A program made the position numbers and the translations under genes. Below are positions 57,866 through 64,000 of a stretch of 64,000 nucleotides of DNA, one piece after another (the stretch's first letter is position 1; each line of letters begins with the position of its first letter). A model generated the notes under the pieces. The model did not search any database and was not told where the DNA came from. It saw nothing but the letters and a program-made list of their open reading frames with translations. The DNA comes from an uncultured Oscillospiraceae bacterium (GTDB lineage: Bacteria > Bacillota > Clostridia > UMGS1883). The DNA lies in the NCBI GenBank assembly GCA_964390145.1, contig CAYMHB010000001.1:6389-70388 (forward strand), read 5' to 3'.

Positions 57866-59293
57866 TTAAAAGGTGTCTCTTAAAAATTCAAGGGCATTGC
57901 GTTTCTTTTCGATTATTTCATCAATTCGCGCGATATAGTCCGCCGCTTCCTTGGGGTTAAATACGCGTTCTATCCTGCCTCCCTTTACCATTTTGGTAGA
58001 TGCGCCGCCGCCGAGAGCGAGGATTGTCTGAATTTCCTCCATAATGCAGATGTTGTAAAGGCTTTCGTGACCTTCCTTTGCAAAGCCTACATTTTCAAGG
58101 TTTCCGAGGGTATTTTTCTGCTTATAGAGATAGTAGGGATTATATCCGTTTTCCGTCAGGAAGTCGTAGGCGTGCTGTACCATAGCGTCCATATCATTTG
58201 CAAAGCGGAGTTTCTGAAAATCGTTTATAAGCCTTGCCGCGCGTTTAAGATACATTGTATGTACGGTTACGGCATCGGGAGAAAGAGCGCAAACTTTGCG
58301 CATTGTATGGGCAAAATCATCGGGGCTTTCGTCAGGGAGACCTGCGATAACATCGGCATTTATACTGAAACAATTATATTTCTGCGCCATTTCAAATGCG
58401 GCTACCGTATCCTCTACGCTGTGGTGTCTGCCTATTTTGTCAAGCGTTTTCTGATTCATTGTCTGCGGATTGATACTGATTCTGCGGACGGAGTTTTCTT
58501 TTAGTACCCCAAGCATTTCGTCGGTAAATGTGTCGGGTCTGCCTGCCTCAACCGTAAATTCACGAAGATACGAAGTGTCAAAGCGGTCTTTGACGCGTTT
58601 TATAAGCACATCCAAATCCTCGGGAGAAAGCGTTGTCGGTGTACCGCCGCCGAAGTATATCGTTTCAACCTTCATCCCGAAATCGTCTGCCATTTTTGCC
58701 GTTTCGTCTATTTCCTTAAGGAGCGCGTCCACATAAGGCTTTACAAATTTTTGGTTATGTGCCATCGCCTGAGAGATAAACGAGCAATATGCACATCTTG
58801 TCGGGCAGAAAGGTATGCCGACATAGACGCTGACACCATTTTTCACGGGGTTCTTAAGAAGTTCATATTCCTTTTTCGCAACATCGAGAGAAAGGCGTGC
58901 TTTTTTGGGAGTTATAAAAAATTCATGTTGCATATAGCTTTGAATTTCATCGTCTCCCCTGCCTTCATCGAGCATCATCCTTGCAGTTTTTGCGGGACGG
59001 ATGCCTGTGGAAATTCCCCACGGAGTCGGCATATCGGAAAGTTTTTTGCAGGCAAAATAAACCGATTTTTTGACAAGGTCAGAAATCTCTCTTTTATCGG
59101 GGTTAAAAAAGGTTTCTTCTATTTCACCCTCGGCGTATTTATCGCCCAGGGTGATTTCTGCCTTTGCAATATATAGGTTTTCTTCATTTTCCAGAGAGGA
59201 TATTACATCAAAATCCGCACTTATATCAAAAAACAGTTGCAAAACCTGACGCACTGCATCCTCAAGGGAGTGTCCGCGGGCAACTATTTTCAT
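57866..59293 (-). CDS. hemZ: HemZ-type radical SAM protein (oxygen-independent coproporphyrinogen-III oxidase-like)
   Basis: Radical SAM motif GIPFCPTRCAYCSF preceded by an N-terminal extension of about 150 aa. 475 aa. Confidence 0.75.
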   Translation of the reverse strand: MKIVARGHSLEDAVRQVLQLFFDISADFDVISSLENEENLYIAKAEITLGDKYAEGEIEETFFNPDKREISDLVKKSVYFACKKLSDMPTPWGISTGIRPAKTARMMLDEGRGDDEIQSYMQHEFFITPKKARLSLDVAKKEYELLKNPVKNGVSVYVGIPFCPTRCAYCSFISQAMAHNQKFVKPYVDALLKEIDETAKMADDFGMKVETIYFGGGTPTTLSPEDLDVLIKRVKDRFDTSYLREFTVEAGRPDTFTDEMLGVLKENSVRRISINPQTMNQKTLDKIGRHHSVEDTVAAFEMAQKYNCFSINADVIAGLPDESPDDFAHTMRKVCALSPDAVTVHTMYLKRAARLINDFQKLRFANDMDAMVQHAYDFLTENGYNPYYLYKQKNTLGNLENVGFAKEGHESLYNICIMEEIQTILALGGGASTKMVKGGRIERVFNPKEAADYIARIDEIIEKKRNALEFLRDTF

Positions 59294-59916
59294 TTTACAT
59301 CATTCCAAAACATTGAATAGGGGTTATTTCTCTTTTCAAATCCGATCGTAGTAGCCTCTCCGTGCCCTGCGTAAACCTTTGTACCATCGTCAAAATTATC
59401 CATAAGGAATTTAATCGACTTAAGTTCGGTTTCCATATCTCCAAAATCATATCTTCCTATCGAGCCGCAAAAGAGCAAATCCCCGCTGAAAAGATTGTCG
59501 CCCCAAAGGTAGCTGACACTTCCTTCGCTGTGCCCCGGAGTATGAAAAACCTTAATCACAGTATTACCAAGGGGTATTTCCTTAACATCGTCAAGGAGTA
59601 CATCCGCCTTATACGGTTTTATTCTCTCGCCAGTCAAAAAAGAGAGGTTTGCGCCGTTGTCGGTAAGCATTTTGCTGTCTCCGCTATGGACATAAACCTC
59701 GGCTCCTGTTTTTTCTGCAAGGTCACAAAGTGCGCCTATATGGTCAAAATGTCCGTGAGTGAGAAGAATTTTTTTGAGGGTATAACCGCCCTCACTCAGA
59801 TAGTCTGTTATTTTTTTGCACTCGGCACCGGGGTCAATTACTGCTGCCTCGCCGTTATCGGTCAGGATATAGCAGTTTACGCCCATATGTCCGAGAGTAA
59901 GCGTCCTTATTTTCAT
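59290..59916 (-). CDS. MBL-fold metallo-hydrolase
   Basis: LTHGHFDHIG motif, HTPGHSEGS. 208 aa. Confidence 0.85.
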   Translation of the reverse strand: MKIRTLTLGHMGVNCYILTDNGEAAVIDPGAECKKITDYLSEGGYTLKKILLTHGHFDHIGALCDLAEKTGAEVYVHSGDSKMLTDNGANLSFLTGERIKPYKADVLLDDVKEIPLGNTVIKVFHTPGHSEGSVSYLWGDNLFSGDLLFCGSIGRYDFGDMETELKSIKFLMDNFDDGTKVYAGHGEATTIGFEKRNNPYSMFWNDVK

Positions 59917-59927
59917 AACAAAATCCT

Positions 59928-62096
59928 TTACTGTACAGTTCTCCTGATGTCATATACGCCCGGCACACGATGAAGCTTCTTGATTATGCTTTCAATCTGT
60001 TCCTTGCTGCTTACTTCAATAGTAATATCAATAAGTGCAGTTCTGTCCTTGAGTGCACGCGCATTTGCCGCAAGAAGATTGAGCTTCTGCTCAGAAACAA
60101 TGCCGATAACATCGGCAAGAATCCCTGAACGGTTGATACATTCAATACTGAGTTCAGCGCTGAATGATGTAGATATGTCGTCAAGCCAGTTACACTCGAT
60201 TATTCTGCCTCGCATATCCTCGTCAAGCTTTTCAGGGAGAATATTCACACAGTCGCATCTGTGTACGCTGACACCGCGTCCACGCGTTATGAAACCGATA
60301 ATATCGTCACCAGGTACTGGGTTACAGCAACGGGAAAGTCTGACAAGGCAGTTATCAACGCCGCGCACTTCGATACCGCTGTCGCTCTTATGCTTTTTCT
60401 TTACAGTCTGCCTGGAGACTACTTCAGGCGGAAGTTCTTCCTTGTGGTCGTTCTGATAGCTGTCGCGCAGTCTTGTAACAACCTTTGCTGCAGTTATTCC
60501 GCCGAAACCGATTGCGGCATACATTTCGTCTATGTTTGAAAAACCGTAGCGTTTGAGCATGGGTTCAAGATACTTTGTCTGGAAAAGTGCAGAATATGAA
60601 AGTCCGAGTCTCTTGAGCTCGTTTTCAACACTCTCCTTACCACGCACAATATTCGCTTCACGGTTTTCTTTCTTGAACCATGAATTGATTTTATTTCTTG
60701 CGGTACTTGTTTTAACAATCTTGAGCCAGTCACGGCTGGGGCCTTTATTCGCTCCCGATGTGATAACCTCAACTATGTCGCCGTTTTTAAGTTTGTAGTC
60801 AAGGGTTACAATCTTGGAATTAACTTTCGCACCTGTCATCTTGTAGCCTACGGCTGAATGAATATAAAACGCAAAGTCAATGGGACACGAGCCTGCAGGA
60901 AGTCCTATTACGTCGCCCCTGGGAGTAAAGACAAATACCTCGTCTGCAAACATATCTATTTTGAGAGTACGCATAAAATCTTCAGGGTCAACTGCCTCGC
61001 TCTGAATTTCAAGGAGTTTATTTACCCAGTCAAGATTTTTACTGTCGCCTGCCTTACCCTCTTTATATTTCCAGTGCGCCGCAATACCGCGCTCGGCAAC
61101 TTTGTGCATATCCCATGTGCGGATCTGAATTTCAAAAGGCTGTCCGTCGGGACCGATTACCGTTGTATGAAGCGACTGATACATATTGGGTTTAGGCATC
61201 GCTATATAGTCCTTGAATCGTCCGGGAATAGGCTTATACTCCTCGTGAACGATACCAAGTACTGCGTAACACTCTGCAACGGTATCTACGATAATTCTTA
61301 CTGCGAAAAGGTCGTAGATTTCGTCGAGAGTTTTGTTCTGATTATACATTTTTCTGAAAATGCTGTATATGTGCTTCGCACGGGCAACGATGTGACATTT
61401 TATTCCCATCTGCTCCATTTTTTCAGCGATAACACTTCTTACATTTTCAACATAGGAATCGCGTTCGGTCTGTTTTTGTGAAAGTCCGTCTACGATTTCG
61501 TAATAAGCCACGCTGTCAAGATAGCGAAGTGCCAGATCCTCAAGTTCTATCTTTATCTTTGAAATACCGAGTCTGTATGCAAGAGGCGCATATACGTCGA
61601 GTGCCTCTTTCGCTTTTTGAAGTTGTTTTTCAGGCTTCATATGTTTAAGAGTGCGCATATTATGAAGTCTGTCGGCAAGCTTTATAAGAACAACTCGGAT
61701 ATCCTCTGCCATAGCGAAAAACATCTTACGCAGGTTTTCTATATGGGCCTCTTCACTTGATATGCACTTAATCTTATCCAGTTTGGTTACGCCCTCAACA
61801 AGCAGAGCAACCTGTTCGCCAAACTCTTCTTTCATCTGCTCGTAAGTGTAATCGGTGTCTTCGATAACATCGTGCAGAAGTCCTGCTATGATAGCATCGC
61901 GATCAAGTTCCATATCGGCAAGAATACGCGTAACCTCGTAGGGATGCATAAAGTAAGGCTCGCCGCTGTGACGAAGCTGATCACCGTGTTTCTCCTTACA
62001 AAGAAGATAAGCCTTATAAATCAGGTCACGGTCTTCTTCTGCACTTTTATTGTATTTTTGTATTTTCTCCATCAAGACCTCAAAAGCCTGATCCAT
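59928..62096 (-). CDS. relA: Bifunctional (p)ppGpp synthetase/hydrolase (RelA/SpoT homolog)
   Basis: HD hydrolase motif (LLHDVIEDT), synthetase region (YQSLHTTVIGPDGQPFEIQIRT), plus TGS and C-terminal ACT regions. 722 aa. Confidence 0.95.
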   Translation of the reverse strand: MDQAFEVLMEKIQKYNKSAEEDRDLIYKAYLLCKEKHGDQLRHSGEPYFMHPYEVTRILADMELDRDAIIAGLLHDVIEDTDYTYEQMKEEFGEQVALLVEGVTKLDKIKCISSEEAHIENLRKMFFAMAEDIRVVLIKLADRLHNMRTLKHMKPEKQLQKAKEALDVYAPLAYRLGISKIKIELEDLALRYLDSVAYYEIVDGLSQKQTERDSYVENVRSVIAEKMEQMGIKCHIVARAKHIYSIFRKMYNQNKTLDEIYDLFAVRIIVDTVAECYAVLGIVHEEYKPIPGRFKDYIAMPKPNMYQSLHTTVIGPDGQPFEIQIRTWDMHKVAERGIAAHWKYKEGKAGDSKNLDWVNKLLEIQSEAVDPEDFMRTLKIDMFADEVFVFTPRGDVIGLPAGSCPIDFAFYIHSAVGYKMTGAKVNSKIVTLDYKLKNGDIVEVITSGANKGPSRDWLKIVKTSTARNKINSWFKKENREANIVRGKESVENELKRLGLSYSALFQTKYLEPMLKRYGFSNIDEMYAAIGFGGITAAKVVTRLRDSYQNDHKEELPPEVVSRQTVKKKHKSDSGIEVRGVDNCLVRLSRCCNPVPGDDIIGFITRGRGVSVHRCDCVNILPEKLDEDMRGRIIECNWLDDISTSFSAELSIECINRSGILADVIGIVSEQKLNLLAANARALKDRTALIDITIEVSSKEQIESIIKKLHRVPGVYDIRRTVQ

Positions 62097-62112
62097 ACGC
62101 TCACTTCCTTTT

Positions 62113-64000
62113 TTAATAGTTTTCTTCTACTTCTTTCTTGATTCGCTGATACTCTTCACTCTTGTCTATCGAAACCTTTTTACCTTTTTCCGTTTCGCAC
62201 AAGGTTACCTGTACAACATCTCCGAGTTTATTGAAATTAAGTATTTTCAAATCCTGAAATACACGAAGAACGTTTGTAATCTTGTCACGCATGATGCGTC
62301 TGCCGAGTTTTTCAGTAAGAATTCCCGTAAGAGTTGAAATTTCCTCACTTATTCCGCCCTGCTGTTTTAAATAGCGGTAAATATCGGCAAAGTCGTTTCT
62401 GTCGGGAAGAACATCACTCTTTTCCTTATAGGAAACGCGAATTGAATTTATGATAATCTGCAGTCTGATTTGTCCGTTGTAAAGATTTATGTTAAGTTCG
62501 CCTGCAAGATCAACAATATCGCCTACAAAATATTCTTTTGCCATAGTTCCTGCGCCGAATGCAATCGCCTCGACAATTTTGCCGTCACTTTCAACAAGGA
62601 TTCTGCAATGCTTTCCTTCAGAAAGGGTTTTAACATCTATAATTTTTGCATTCATAAGAGCAAAAACGGGGACTTTATTACCTGCACCGTAGGGAGCAAG
62701 AACTTCCGTTTTCCTTATGATGGGTGCTATTATATCTTTTACAGTTATTTTTGAATCTATGAGAATTTCAGGGACTTTTTCCTCAAAATTGCAGTTGTTT
62801 GCAAATTCGTTGAGACGTTTGTCAAGCTCTCCGATATACTCTTCCTTGATAGAGAAGCCTGCCGCGTATGCATGACCGCCAAACTTCTCCAGTATGTCGG
62901 CACAGTTTCCGAGGGCATCGAAAAGATTAAGTCCCTCGACACTTCTGCCGCTGCTCTTACACCAATCGTCCTCGATTGAAATAAGAATACAGGTTTTGTT
63001 GTATCTTTCGCAAATTCTTGAAGCAACAACTCCGATGATGCCATGGTGCCAGTTTCTTTTCGCAAGTACAAGCACCTTTTTATCAGAAAGGTCGATTTGA
63101 TTTATCATTTCAACCGCTTCATCAAAGATGATTTTTTCTTCGTTCTGACGGTTTTTATTGTCGTTATCAAGACGGATTGCGAGATCCTGAGCTGCGACAG
63201 GGTCATCTGTAAGGAGAAGGTCAACTGCAATCATTGCGTTGGACATTCTTCCCGCCGCATTAAGACGGGGTGCTATCGAATAACTTACAACAGAGCAGTT
63301 GTTCCATTTCTGACGAAGTCCAAGAGTTGAAATAACCGCCGCAAGTCCTGTATTGGGATTTTTCGAAAGCTTTTCAATACCGCGAGAGGCTATAATTCTG
63401 TTTTCATCTTTAAGCGATACTACATCGGCTATTGTACCAAGGGCTACAATGTCGGAATACTGTTCCAAAAGCTCGTTTTCACTCTTATCACTCGCCGCAC
63501 AAACAAGCTTGAATGCAACACCAACGCCTGCAAGATCCTTGAAAGGATAGCTGCAATCCATACGCTTGGGATTTATTACTGCAACAGCTTCAGGAAGTTC
63601 CTGTTTGCATTCATGATGATCGGTGATGATAACTTCAAGTCCGTTTTCTTTTGCATAAACGGTTTCCTCAAAAGCAGTGATACCTGTATCAACGCTGATA
63701 AGAAGTGTTGCACCATCGTCAACTATCTTTTTAATAGCTGCCTTATTGATTCCGTATCCTTCGTTCTGGCGGTCGGGTATGTATGCCTGCACATTCACTC
63801 CGTTGGAGTGCAGAAAGCTTACCAAAAGAGCTGTTGATGTGATACCGTCCACATCATAGTCACCGTATACGACAACATTTTCTTTTTTTTCTATTGCCTC
63901 GTGAATTCTCTTAACTGCCTTGTCCATATCGCAAAGGAGGTTCGGAGAATAAAGAGTGTTTGAATTTTTGTCAAGGAATTTCTTTGCATCCGCCGCATCG
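62113..64000 (-). CDS. recJ: Single-stranded-DNA-specific exonuclease RecJ (partial, N-terminus beyond window edge)
   Basis: DHH motifs (VVVYGDYDVDGITS, ISVDTG, ITDHH) and DHHA1 (GGHAYAAG). The frame stays open upstream of Met 63927 to position 64000 (...DAADAKKFLDKNSNTLYSPNLLCD-MDKAVKRI), so the true start is outside the window. Confidence 0.9.
   Translation of the reverse strand, partial: DAADAKKFLDKNSNTLYSPNLLCDMDKAVKRIHEAIEKKENVVVYGDYDVDGITSTALLVSFLHSNGVNVQAYIPDRQNEGYGINKAAIKKIVDDGATLLISVDTGITAFEETVYAKENGLEVIITDHHECKQELPEAVAVINPKRMDCSYPFKDLAGVGVAFKLVCAASDKSENELLEQYSDIVALGTIADVVSLKDENRIIASRGIEKLSKNPNTGLAAVISTLGLRQKWNNCSVVSYSIAPRLNAAGRMSNAMIAVDLLLTDDPVAAQDLAIRLDNDNKNRQNEEKIIFDEAVEMINQIDLSDKKVLVLAKRNWHHGIIGVVASRICERYNKTCILISIEDDWCKSSGRSVEGLNLFDALGNCADILEKFGGHAYAAGFSIKEEYIGELDKRLNEFANNCNFEEKVPEILIDSKITVKDIIAPIIRKTEVLAPYGAGNKVPVFALMNAKIIDVKTLSEGKHCRILVESDGKIVEAIAFGAGTMAKEYFVGDIVDLAGELNINLYNGQIRLQIIINSIRVSYKEKSDVLPDRNDFADIYRYLKQQGGISEEISTLTGILTEKLGRRIMRDKITNVLRVFQDLKILNFNKLGDVVQVTLCETEKGKKVSIDKSEEYQRIKKEVEENY

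Overview
This is a densely coded chromosomal window from a spore-forming Gram-positive anaerobe, probably Clostridia. That call rests on PolC, an SLH-domain wall protein, ytxC, hemZ and a tiny YjcZ-like peptide. I saw no rRNA, tRNA, CRISPR array, transposase or integrase.

Layout:
- **1-11.3 kb, minus strand:** partial polC, ispG, an SLH wall protein, lgt, an M16 peptidase pair and a small acidic lipoprotein.
- **11.7-41.4 kb, minus strand:** one unbroken array of 29 co-directional genes whose largest gap is 44 nt. The first 25 or so genes form a Wzx/Wzy-type polysaccharide locus. It runs without a break into a nucleotidyltransferase-fold gene, an ABC-F ATPase, yaiI-like and rdgB.
- **41.4-41.8 kb:** a frameshifted and truncated aminotransferase pseudogene sits at the head of that locus, just downstream of a good sigma-A-like promoter.
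- **42.3-52.5 kb, plus strand:** trpS, tagO-like, mnaA-like and a complete F1Fo ATP synthase operon (atpZ, I, B, E, F, H, A, G, D, C).
- **52.5-64 kb:** a hypothetical gene, ytxC, an ACT/UPF0210 pair, then on the minus strand a BspA-type LRR surface protein, hemZ, an MBL hydrolase, relA/spoT and partial recJ.

The polysaccharide locus combines three modules:
- a staphylococcal cap5/8-like UDP-L-FucNAc module (fnlA/B/C, WbuB-like GT, small PGT, CapN-like SDR);
- an enterobacterial-ECA-like dTDP-4-amino-4,6-dideoxyhexose module (rfbA, rfbB, DegT transaminase, GNAT, Wzx, WecF-like GT56);
- a uronic-acid branch (UDP-GlcA 4-epimerase-like SDR and a GHMP sugar kinase).

Most noteworthy observations:
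1. Four ATP-grasp ligases sit in the glycan locus, three of them plus a GNAT wedged inside the amino-sugar pathway. I read this as an amide-linked aminoacyl or peptidyl sugar decoration. This is inference and is the best candidate here for an undescribed system.
2. The polC at the canonical ispG-polC locus has no DEDD proofreading exonuclease insertion in its PHP domain. The reading frame is continuous across the junction.
3. The ATP synthase c subunit carries the full Na+-binding signature (Q, V, E-S-T, Y).

Everything else looks like ordinary core genome. All functional calls come from motif recognition by eye. No database search was run.
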